The notes under the pieces: model-generated | Seen by the model: the letters and a program-made list of their open reading frames with translations, nothing else | What the model was told of the DNA's origin: nothing | Database searches by the model: none | Shown here: piece by piece, positions 44,124 to 52,460 of the stretch | How positions within the stretch are numbered: position 1 is the stretch's first letter | Layout of the letters: each line of letters opens with the position of its first letter | Program-made: the position numbers and the translations under genes | Assembly: GCA_963760795.1 (NCBI GenBank) | Contig: CAVXEP010000016.1 | Span: 96,001 to 160,000, forward strand | Reading direction: 5' to 3' | Length of the DNA stretch: 64,000 nucleotides | Origin: an uncultured delta proteobacterium | GTDB lineage: Bacteria; Desulfobacterota; Binatia; UBA9968

Positions 44124-45569
44124 ATGGCGAAGGATTTGCGAACTTTTATTGCCGATTGTGAGCGGCAATTGCCGGGCGAAGTGATTCACATTACCAAGGA
44201 AGTCAATCCGGCGAACTACGATGTGACCGCGATTATCAAGCATCTCGGCGCCCAGAAGAAATTTCCGATCATCATTTTCGACAATCCGCTAAATTTGAAC
44301 GGCAAAGTCGGGCCGATTAAACTGACCATGAACTGCGAGATCTCTCAGGGCAAGACGCAGATCGCCTTGGGCATGCCGCGTGATGCCACCCGGCCGCAGA
44401 TGGCGGAAAAATGTTTGGAGATGGAAGAGCATCGCGTGCCGCCATCGATCATCAGCCGGAAAGACGCGCCGATCAAACAGAACACCATGGTCGGCGATAA
44501 AGTCGATCTCTACCAGATTCCGATCATGCGCCACCACGAAATGGACGGCGGTCCGTATATCGTTCTTTCGACCATCACCAAAGACCGCAAGTCAGGGATC
44601 TACAACCTCTCGTACCACCGCATGGAAGTGAAATCGAAGAACTCGACGGCGCTCTACGCTTCGCCGCGCCATCTGTGGAAGATCTTCAAAGACTACGAAG
44701 AAAACAATTTGGAAATGCCGGTGGCCACCGTGTTGGGCCATCATCCGGCATTTCACATGGGCGCTTGTTACAGCGGCCCGTTTGAAGTGAGTGAGTACGA
44801 CGTGATCGGCGGCTACATGGGCGAACCGCTGCGCTTGGTCGCGTCAGAAACTTTCGGCGACGATCTGCTCATTCCCGCGGACGCCGAAGTTGTCATCGAA
44901 GGCGTGCTCAAACCGGGCGGCCGTGTGGTCGAAGGTCCCTTCGGCGAAGCGCCGGGCTATCTCGGGCCGCAGCGCTACACCACCTGCGTGCATTACGAAG
45001 TGCGTGCCATCAACTATCGCAACGGCGCCATGTATCAGTCGGTGATTACGCCGGAAGGCGATAAGCCGTGGATGGATCTGCCGCGCGAGGGTGCCTACCT
45101 GCGCCGCTGCCGCGAAGCCGTGCCCGGCGTCACCGCTGTCTGTAAGCAGGGCCGCCACGCCCATTACAATGTTTTCATCGCGATGAAGAAAATGTCCGAA
45201 GGCGATCCGGCACGCGCGGCGGCCGCCGCGCTGACCTTCGACCACACCAAGAATGTTTTCGTGTTCGATGAGGATATCGACGTTTTCAATCCCACCGACA
45301 TTCTCTGGGCGATCGCGACCCGGGTGCAGCCGCATCTCCAGGTCAATATTTTAAAGCCGCTGTTCCGCGGCAATTTCTTGGATCCGTCGCTGCGCGACGA
45401 GATCAAGACCTCCGGCATGATCGTCGATGCCACCAAACCGACTGACCGGCCATTCTCGCCGGTGTCGAAGTGCCCCGACGAAGCGATGGCGCGCATCAAA
45501 TTGGAAGATTACGTGCCGGGAGAAGTCTTGCAGCATATTCCAATGGACCGGACGACCTACTGGGCGTAG
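44124..45569 (+). CDS. UbiD-family (de)carboxylase 3 (close paralogue of 22045-23491)
   Basis: AGGAGG RBS; HHEMDGGPY, YNLSYHR, EGPFGE, WAIATRVQP, C-terminal DRTTYWA. Confidence 0.92.
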   Translation: MAKDLRTFIADCERQLPGEVIHITKEVNPANYDVTAIIKHLGAQKKFPIIIFDNPLNLNGKVGPIKLTMNCEISQGKTQIALGMPRDATRPQMAEKCLEMEEHRVPPSIISRKDAPIKQNTMVGDKVDLYQIPIMRHHEMDGGPYIVLSTITKDRKSGIYNLSYHRMEVKSKNSTALYASPRHLWKIFKDYEENNLEMPVATVLGHHPAFHMGACYSGPFEVSEYDVIGGYMGEPLRLVASETFGDDLLIPADAEVVIEGVLKPGGRVVEGPFGEAPGYLGPQRYTTCVHYEVRAINYRNGAMYQSVITPEGDKPWMDLPREGAYLRRCREAVPGVTAVCKQGRHAHYNVFIAMKKMSEGDPARAAAAALTFDHTKNVFVFDEDIDVFNPTDILWAIATRVQPHLQVNILKPLFRGNFLDPSLRDEIKTSGMIVDATKPTDRPFSPVSKCPDEAMARIKLEDYVPGEVLQHIPMDRTTYWA

Positions 45570-45759
45570 CAGAATGAGTGTTTAGCCACAAAGGGCACAA
45601 AGTCGGGGCCGGCGATACCGACCCCGACTAATTCAGGGATTGGCCGCAAAGAACGCATAGGACGCAAAAGGAATCTTGGGCACGCTGCGCGGATTGCCTA
45701 GTCGCTCAGATCCGCCAATCGAAAAGCTAAAATCCAAAATAGATAGAGAGAGGTAAATC

Positions 45760-45906
45760 ATGGGTCAGGCCGTTGAAATCACATGTCCAGATTGTAAGAA
45801 AATTTTTGTCGTCAACCCGCATATGCTGGGGTCGGGAATGAATTTCCATTGCCCCTTCTGTGATAAATATTTCCCTGAAAAAGACAGTCCTAAAATCCGC
45901 AAGTAA
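45760..45906 (+). CDS. Zinc-ribbon microprotein (48 aa)
   Basis: GAGAGG RBS; MGQAVEITCPDCKKIFVVNPHMLGSGMNFHCPFCDKYFPEKDSPKIRK with two CPxC knuckles. Confidence 0.75.
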   Translation: MGQAVEITCPDCKKIFVVNPHMLGSGMNFHCPFCDKYFPEKDSPKIRK

Positions 45907-45916
45907 CCTTGGTCTC

Positions 45917-45951
45917 AGGCCACGGTGACGTTCTCACCGTGGCCTTTTTTT
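45917..45951 (+). terminator. Intrinsic terminator
   Basis: AGGCCACGGTGA-CGTTC-TCACCGTGGCCT perfect 12-bp stem followed by a T-run. Confidence 0.8.
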
Positions 45952-45963
45952 CAGCTCACACCA

Positions 45964-48258
45964 ATGAAGACGAAGCAAATTCTAAAAGTCGTCGGTACCA
46001 ATGCACACCGCGTCGACGCCATCGAAAAAGTCAGCGGCAAGGCGATTTACACCAGCGATATCCAGCTGCCGGGCATGGCCCATGCGCGGATATTACGCAG
46101 CCCGGTCGCGCATGCACGGTTGGTCAGGGTCGACGCCTCCAAGGCGAAAGAATTTCCCGGCGTCATTGCGACCTTGACGCGGGATGACATCCAGGGCTTC
46201 AACTTCAAATATGGCGCGACCTACAAGGATCAATCCATCGTTGCCGTCGACAAGGTGCGCTATGTCGGCGATCCGGTGGCGGCAGTGTTGGCCGACACGC
46301 CGGAGATCGCCGAGCAGGCGCTGGAACTGATCGAAGTCGAATACGACGAGTTGGCTAAAGTCACCAACCTTGAAGAGGCCATCGCACCGGGCGCAATCCA
46401 AGTGCACGAGGGCGGCGTGGCGCGCGCCGAGTTGCGCGGTTCGACCTACGGCGCACCGGAGCGCTTTAGCGGCACCAACATTTGCTATTACCTGACCTTC
46501 GGCCGTGAAGAGGCCGAAAAAGGCTTCGCCAAAGCCGATCATATTTTCGAGGACACCTTCCGCTTTCAGAAGGTCCAGCATTTCTCCCTCGAAGCGCATA
46601 ACAACGTCGCCTACTATGACGGCGAGAAGCTGACTGTGTGGGCCTCCTGCCAAGATCCGTTTACGCTGCGCGATCATCTGTCGGCCATCTTTCGTCTGCC
46701 CTGCAACCGCATCCGCGTCATCGTCCCCTATGTCGGCGGCGGCTATGGCGGCAAGCTTTATGTCAAAGCCGAGCCGATTGCCGCAGCCCTGTCGTGGATG
46801 ACCCGGCGGCCGGTGAAGCTACAGCTGTCGATCAATGAGAGCTTCAAGACCGTCACGCGCCATCCAGCCAGGGTCACGGTTAAGACCGGCGTGACCAAGG
46901 ACGGCAAGCTCATCGCCCGCGACTGCCAGGTCTACATGGACACCGGTGCCTATGCCGACGCCGGACCGCGGGTTACGCAGAAGGCCGGCTATCGCGCCCT
47001 GGGACCGTACAGAATTCCTTATGCCAAAGTAGAAGCTTACGGCGTTTATACCAACACCGTGCCCGCCGGTGCCTTTCGCGGTTTCGGCGCGCTGCAAGTC
47101 ACCTGGGCCTATGAATCGCAGATGGACATGATCGCCGAGCGCCTGGGCCTCGATCCCCTGGAATTTCGCATCAAGAACTTACTCAAGAAGGGGGATCTCT
47201 ATACCGTCGGCGATACGCCGGTGGATTGCGACATGGAAGAGGGTCTGCGCAAAGTTGCCGACGCCATCAAGTGGAACGAGAAGAGTGCCAACCCCAACCG
47301 CGCTAAAGGTTTGAGCTGCTGCATAAAAGACGCCGGCGGTACCTACAAAGTTGCCGGTGCGACAGTCAAGATGTCGTCCGACGGTAGCGTCATGTTGCTC
47401 ACTGGCACCGTCGAAGCGGGGCAGGGGCCGCGCACGGCGCTAAGCCAGATCGTCGCCGAAGAACTCGCCATGTCGATGGATCAGATCGGCGTCGCCCAGC
47501 TCGACACCGATGTCACGCCCTATGATATTTCCACCAGCGCGAGCAGCTCCACAGTAGTCATGGGTACCGCGGTGCAGCGAGCCTCCCAGGACGCCAAGAA
47601 GCAGCTACTTCAGTGCGCCGCCAAAGTGCTGAAGCAAAAAACCGACACACTCTCACTCAAAGATGGCCAGGTCTGGACGAGTTCAGGCCAGAGTCTTTCC
47701 TTTAGTAAAGTGATTGTCGACTTTTTCGGTAGTAAAGCTGGAGAAATCATCGGTAAAGGACTTTACAAAGATAAACGTAGCGCGAAAGCGGTGCTGGGCT
47801 CGACAACGACTTTCTGGGAAGTGGGCTGGGGCGGCGTCGAAGTCGAGGTCGATCCGGAAACCGGCAGCGTGGAACTGCTCAACTACGTGTCCGCCTGCGA
47901 TGCCGGCAAGGCGATCAACCCCGAGCAGTGCGTCGGTCAGGACGAAGGGGCGGTGATGTTCGGCATCGGCCACACATTGATGGAAGAGATGATTTACGAG
48001 GATGGCCAATTGCTCAATGGCAACATGGTTGACTATCGCGTGCCGACGTTCCAGGACGTACCCGCGCAGTTGCATACGATCCTGATCGAAAACGGCAATG
48101 GCCCGGGCCCGTTCGGATCTAAAGGAATAGGTGAGGGTGGGCTTTTACCGGTCGCGTCGGCGATCGCCAACGCGGTTTCGCGCGCGGTCGGCGTGCGTAT
48201 TCAAGACTTGCCGCTCACACCGCCGAAGATTTGGCGGGCGATTCAAGCGAAAAACTAG
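45964..48258 (+). CDS. Xanthine dehydrogenase-family molybdopterin-binding large subunit
   Basis: VGGGYGGK, DTGAY, GAFRGFG, GQG, SASS, GSKGIGEGG. Confidence 0.92.
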   Translation: MKTKQILKVVGTNAHRVDAIEKVSGKAIYTSDIQLPGMAHARILRSPVAHARLVRVDASKAKEFPGVIATLTRDDIQGFNFKYGATYKDQSIVAVDKVRYVGDPVAAVLADTPEIAEQALELIEVEYDELAKVTNLEEAIAPGAIQVHEGGVARAELRGSTYGAPERFSGTNICYYLTFGREEAEKGFAKADHIFEDTFRFQKVQHFSLEAHNNVAYYDGEKLTVWASCQDPFTLRDHLSAIFRLPCNRIRVIVPYVGGGYGGKLYVKAEPIAAALSWMTRRPVKLQLSINESFKTVTRHPARVTVKTGVTKDGKLIARDCQVYMDTGAYADAGPRVTQKAGYRALGPYRIPYAKVEAYGVYTNTVPAGAFRGFGALQVTWAYESQMDMIAERLGLDPLEFRIKNLLKKGDLYTVGDTPVDCDMEEGLRKVADAIKWNEKSANPNRAKGLSCCIKDAGGTYKVAGATVKMSSDGSVMLLTGTVEAGQGPRTALSQIVAEELAMSMDQIGVAQLDTDVTPYDISTSASSSTVVMGTAVQRASQDAKKQLLQCAAKVLKQKTDTLSLKDGQVWTSSGQSLSFSKVIVDFFGSKAGEIIGKGLYKDKRSAKAVLGSTTTFWEVGWGGVEVEVDPETGSVELLNYVSACDAGKAINPEQCVGQDEGAVMFGIGHTLMEEMIYEDGQLLNGNMVDYRVPTFQDVPAQLHTILIENGNGPGPFGSKGIGEGGLLPVASAIANAVSRAVGVRIQDLPLTPPKIWRAIQAKN

Positions 48259-48376
48259 TCTAAAGTTTTCCTTAAGCTAATCTCAAGGCTTACTCGAATG
48301 CTGCGACGCAATTCCTGAGAGCCTGATGTGCGCCTCGCGGTGTTGCAACGCCTCTCCTTTCAGTGAGTAAAGATCC

Positions 48377-48515
48377 GTCCCGCGCACGTGGGAATCCAGG
48401 CATTATCGTCACCCCGGTGAAAACCGGGGTCCATCCCCCCCTCAACCTGGATACCGTTTTTCAACGGTATGACGAACATAGTCCGTCACCTGGATTCCGT
48501 TGTCGCGGGAATGAC
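48377..48515. repeat. Nested pair of GTCAxxCC...ATCCA / TGGAT...ATGAC palindromic elements
   Basis: Inner element 48408-48473 sits between the two arms of an outer element. Confidence 0.7.
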
Positions 48516-48585
48516 GGAACAGAGAGATTTCGCAGCCAATCGCTCCAATCAGAATCGGTTGGCTGATAGCCGATAGTTGTTTGAT

Positions 48586-49089
48586 TTACAGTTCCAGCAC
48601 CGCGCCGCATTTTTTGCAGGTAGCTAATTTCGGGTCGGCTTTAAGGGCGGCGGTGGCTTTGTTGACCGCATCGCCCGGATCATCGAAGCGCACATCGGTG
48701 GCGTAAAGATTCGTGCCGCATTTCTCGCAGGGCCAGATAAATCGGTCGATCTCCTCTTTGGACCGGGTTTTTTCTACCACATAGGTCCACGAACCATCGG
48801 CGCGGCGCGGCGAGTGCGGCGTGTTCCTCGGCATGAGAAAAATATCGCCGGCCTTGAGCACCGCCAGCTCATGCTTGTCGTCCTTCAAGTAATGCAGGTT
48901 TAGCTCCCCTTCGAGCTGATAAAATATCTCGTCCCCAGGGTTGATGTGATAGTCCTTGCGCCGGTTCGGCCCGCGCGTAACGAAGGCGATGAAATCAGAG
49001 TCCTGCCAAATCACCCGCCGCTGTCCCCAATCGCCGCGGTTATCGTCGATCCATTTCTGTAGGTTGAACGTCTGTAGGTGAGGAAACAT
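48586..49089 (-). CDS. 3-hydroxyanthranilate 3,4-dioxygenase-like cupin
   Basis: GPNRRKDYH, EIFYQLEG, PHSP, rubredoxin-like CEKC...CKKC. Confidence 0.8.
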   Translation of the reverse strand: MFPHLQTFNLQKWIDDNRGDWGQRRVIWQDSDFIAFVTRGPNRRKDYHINPGDEIFYQLEGELNLHYLKDDKHELAVLKAGDIFLMPRNTPHSPRRADGSWTYVVEKTRSKEEIDRFIWPCEKCGTNLYATDVRFDDPGDAVNKATAALKADPKLATCKKCGAVLEL

Positions 49090-49160
49090 AAAAACCTCCG
49101 GTGGCGCATGGCCAATATAGAATTGCACCGAAGCCGGAATCAAGCTAAATCATGCTGGTC

Positions 49161-49655
49161 ATGGTAATTCGCAGGAAACAGATCGAGATCGACAAGGGCA
49201 TCATCGGCGTGATCTCCGACACCCACGGCCTGGTCAGGCCTGAAGCCATGGCTGCGTTGAAGGGCGTGGAGCTGATCATTCACGGCGGCGATATCGGCAA
49301 GGCTGAAGTCCTAAAATCGCTAAGTCTGATGGCGCCTGTCTGCGCTATCCGTGGAAACAACGACCGTGATAGCTGGGCGAAGAAGCTGCCTGATGTGCTA
49401 AAGCTTCAGATCAATGGCGTCAAGTTTCAGGTCATTCATGATGTCAATGAGCTCGAAAGCGATCCCAGTGCCGCGGGAATTCATGCCGTCATCAGCGGTC
49501 ATTCCCACAAAGCGAGTGTCATCGAGCGCGATGGAGTCTTATTTATCAATCCCGGTAGTGCTGGGCCGAGAAGGTTCAAGCTGCCGGTGACTGTTGGCAA
49601 ATTGAGGCTACGGCATAAGATGGTCGCGGCTGAAATTATCGAATTAAGAATTTAG
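49161..49655 (+). CDS. YfcE-family metallophosphoesterase
   Basis: ISDTHG, HGGD, RGNND, GHSH, NPGS. Confidence 0.9.
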   Translation: MVIRRKQIEIDKGIIGVISDTHGLVRPEAMAALKGVELIIHGGDIGKAEVLKSLSLMAPVCAIRGNNDRDSWAKKLPDVLKLQINGVKFQVIHDVNELESDPSAAGIHAVISGHSHKASVIERDGVLFINPGSAGPRRFKLPVTVGKLRLRHKMVAAEIIELRI

Positions 49656-49666
49656 CATTGGATTCG

Positions 49667-49695
49667 TTGACAATCGGTTGATCGCACGTTAGAAA
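49667..49695 (+). promoter_or_regulatory. Putative sigma-70 promoter of the pyr operon
   Basis: TTGACA-N17-TAGAAA just upstream of the PyrR loop. Confidence 0.6.
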
Positions 49696-49703
49696 TTCTC
49701 ATA

Positions 49704-49812
49704 CCTTTTAAACCGATCCTGTGAGGTCGGCAAAGGGCCAAATGACGGAACTTAATTTAGAATATTGCTACGCTCAAAGACCCACTCGGTGATGCCGGGC
49801 GGGTCTTTTTTT
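49704..49812 (+). promoter_or_regulatory. PyrR-binding RNA leader (binding loop plus terminator)
   Basis: CCTTTTAAACCGATCCTGTGAGGTCGGCAAAGG matches the CUUUAA / UCCNGNGAGG PyrR consensus; hairpin AGACCC...GGGTCT plus T-run at 49776-49812. Confidence 0.9.
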
Positions 49813-50373
49813 ATGGCTGAAGAGAAGAAAATTTTACTCGAACGCGACGATATCGGCCGGATGGTCAGCCGGATGGCCCATGAGATCGTTGAGAAGGCCG
49901 CTACTCCAGCTGAGTTGGCTTTGATCGGCATTCGTTCGCGCGGGGTGCATCTGGCGCGGCGGATTGCTCGCAAGATCGGCGAGATTGCCAACGTCGATCC
50001 AGTGGTGGGGGTGATCGATGTTACGCCTTACCGGGATGACAAGTCGCAGGAGCGGCCGATGCCGGCAGTGGGGGCTTTCGAGGTGCAGGTCGCGGTCGAT
50101 GACCGGACGGTGGTGTTGGTCGACGATGTGATTTACCGGGGGCGGACGATTCGTGCGGCGATGGAGGCGGTGGAGCGCTTGGGGCAGCCGAAGCGAATTC
50201 TTGTCGCGGCGCTGATCGATCGCGGTGACCGTGAGCTGCCGATTCGTGCCGATATTGTCGGCAAGAATATTGAAGTTGGCGATCGCCAGCGGGTCAATGT
50301 CTTGCTCGATGAGGCCGACGGCACAGATCAAGTGATTCTGACGAATTGGCAGGGGAGAACCCGGACTGAATAG
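49813..50373 (+). CDS. pyrR: PyrR pyrimidine attenuation regulator
   Basis: [54 protein letters not shown]. Confidence 0.92.
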   Translation: MAEEKKILLERDDIGRMVSRMAHEIVEKAATPAELALIGIRSRGVHLARRIARKIGEIANVDPVVGVIDVTPYRDDKSQERPMPAVGAFEVQVAVDDRTVVLVDDVIYRGRTIRAAMEAVERLGQPKRILVAALIDRGDRELPIRADIVGKNIEVGDRQRVNVLLDEADGTDQVILTNWQGRTRTE

Positions 50374-50385
50374 CCGCATATGCCC

Positions 50386-50444
50386 GTGATCCCGAGCGAA
50401 TGCGAGGGATCTAAGAGAGATTTCTCCCAGGGGTCGAAATGACA
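50386..50444. repeat. Intergenic palindromic repeat between pyrR and pyrB
   Basis: GTGATCCCGAGCGAATGCGAGGGATCT...AGATTTCTCCCAGGGGTCGAAATGAC; does not resemble a PyrR loop. Confidence 0.55.
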
Positions 50445-50503
50445 ACAATTCCAACCTTGGCGTGGGATCGACGGTTAACGAGTAGCCCTAGAAGTAAATC
50501 ACA

Positions 50504-52456
50504 ATGCGCTGCCTGATTTCCATTGCCGACCTGACCAACGATGAGATCGAGGAGATCTTTGCGCTGGCCGATAGCGCCGACAAGCTGCGCGCCGACAGGG
50601 TCGGCGCCGGGCAGATCATGGCGACGTTGTTCTACGAACCGAGCACGCGCACTCGGCTGTCGTTCGAATCGGCCATGCAGCGCCTCGGCGGCTCGGTGAT
50701 CTCCTGCTCGGATATGAAAGCTTCCTCGACGGCCAAAGGCGAGACCGTGGCCGACACGGCCAAGGTGGTGTCGAGCTACGCCGATGTTTTGGTCGTGCGT
50801 CATTATTGGGACGGCGCGGTGCAGGCGATGGCCGAGCACGCCGATGTGCCGGTGATCAACGCCGGCGACGGCGGTCACGAGCATCCGACCCAGACGCTGT
50901 GCGATCTTTATACGCTGCGCAAGGAGAAGGGCGATCTCAAAGGCTTGACGGTAGTCGTGTGCGGCGATCTCAAGAACGGCCGGACGATCCATTCTTTGGT
51001 TTACGCGCTGGCGCGCTTCGGCGCTAACGTAGTGACCCTGGCCGCTAACGGCATGGAGCTGCCGCAGTATGTGATCGAGCGGTTGGAGCGCGAGTACGAT
51101 TACGGCTTTGCGCCGGTGGCGTCGGGAGACTTGAATTCCGTCGTTACCGAAACCGACGCTTTATATTTAACCCCGAAGCAACCGCATCAGCTGGCGCTCT
51201 ACACCCAGGTGGACAAGGTCATCCAATCCCAGCTGAGCACCCTGGCGACCGGCCTGCGCTATGACGCTTTTTACATGACCCGGAAACAGAAAGAGCGGAT
51301 GAAAGAGGGCACCGCCAACGGCAACTATCCGACCATCGGTCCGGAGTTTCTCCAGGAAAAGCGTTTTCAGGACACCGTGGTGATGCATCCGCTGCCGCGT
51401 GTCGATGAACTGTCGCCGGAGCTCGACAAGGACCGGCGCGGCATCTATTTCAAACAGGCCGCTTACGGTGTGCCGGTGCGCATGGCGCTGCTCGAATTTC
51501 TGTTCCGGCGCAATCGCGCGCAGCAGCGTGCGACGAATATGGCCAACCGTTCCTATCGTAGCCCTGAACCCATCGGCCCCAAGTGCCATAATGCCAACTG
51601 CATTACGGTGAAAGAGCCGGCATCGACGCAGCGGCGCTTTCGCATCTATTTCGCCGAGGATATAGGCGCGCTGATTCTCGGCTGCGACTACTGCGATCAT
51701 CGCTTCAAAGTTGACTACGTCGGCAATATTAAAGCCAAACGCTATTCGTCCTTCGACGCCACGCTCAGCGAGACGTTGCGCGATTGGTGGGACAAGGGCG
51801 AGCTCGCCTTGTTCGACTCGATCAAAGAAGCCGAAGAGTTGGGGTACGAGCCGACGAGAAGTAGCGCGCAACGGATACTCATGTCCGAGACTGAGATCGA
51901 GACTGCGCTTGCCGAGATGAGCCGGCAGATTGTGCGCGACTGCCGCGATCCCGACCGGTTGTTGATTCTCGGCGTGCGCAGTGTTGGCTCGCTCCTGGCC
52001 CAACGCATTGCCAATGCAATCGCAGCGCAGCGCAACCGCAGACCGGAGCTGGGCGAGATCGAAATCTACGGCTCCGGCGATGAACTCCGGCGCATCGGCC
52101 CCAGCGATCCAGATCTCGGACCGCCCAGTCTGAAAGATCGCGAAGTGGTTCTAGTCGACGACGTGATTTTTACCGGCCGCACGGTGAAAAGCGCGTTGAG
52201 CATCATATTTCGCTCCGGCCGGCCACAGTCGGTGCGCTTAGCCGTGCTTGTCGACCGCGGCCACCGCGAGGTGCCGGTGAAGCCTAATTACGTCGGTAAA
52301 AATATTCCGAGCTCTGAAAAAGACCGCGTGCGCGTGCGCTTGCGCGGCGAAGATAGTGAGGCGGCCGACCGCGTAGTAATCTATTCAATTATGAGTCCCG
52401 CGGTGAGTGCGCAGCCAGCATCAACCTCCAGCCGGGACAAGGCGGCGAACCGATAA
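50504..52456 (+). CDS. pyrB: Aspartate carbamoyltransferase fused to a PyrI-like Zn domain and a PyrR-like PRTase domain
   Basis: [30 protein letters not shown]; then CHNANCIT...CDYC; then [28 protein letters not shown], all in one 650-aa ORF. Confidence 0.9.
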   Translation: MRCLISIADLTNDEIEEIFALADSADKLRADRVGAGQIMATLFYEPSTRTRLSFESAMQRLGGSVISCSDMKASSTAKGETVADTAKVVSSYADVLVVRHYWDGAVQAMAEHADVPVINAGDGGHEHPTQTLCDLYTLRKEKGDLKGLTVVVCGDLKNGRTIHSLVYALARFGANVVTLAANGMELPQYVIERLEREYDYGFAPVASGDLNSVVTETDALYLTPKQPHQLALYTQVDKVIQSQLSTLATGLRYDAFYMTRKQKERMKEGTANGNYPTIGPEFLQEKRFQDTVVMHPLPRVDELSPELDKDRRGIYFKQAAYGVPVRMALLEFLFRRNRAQQRATNMANRSYRSPEPIGPKCHNANCITVKEPASTQRRFRIYFAEDIGALILGCDYCDHRFKVDYVGNIKAKRYSSFDATLSETLRDWWDKGELALFDSIKEAEELGYEPTRSSAQRILMSETEIETALAEMSRQIVRDCRDPDRLLILGVRSVGSLLAQRIANAIAAQRNRRPELGEIEIYGSGDELRRIGPSDPDLGPPSLKDREVVLVDDVIFTGRTVKSALSIIFRSGRPQSVRLAVLVDRGHREVPVKPNYVGKNIPSSEKDRVRVRLRGEDSEAADRVVIYSIMSPAVSAQPASTSSRDKAANR

Positions 52457-52460
52457 TTTC

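Noticed and set aside
45964-48258. Aerobic CO dehydrogenase CoxL
   Set aside because: Active-site loop is AFRGFG rather than AYxCSFR, and coxM/coxS are not adjacent.
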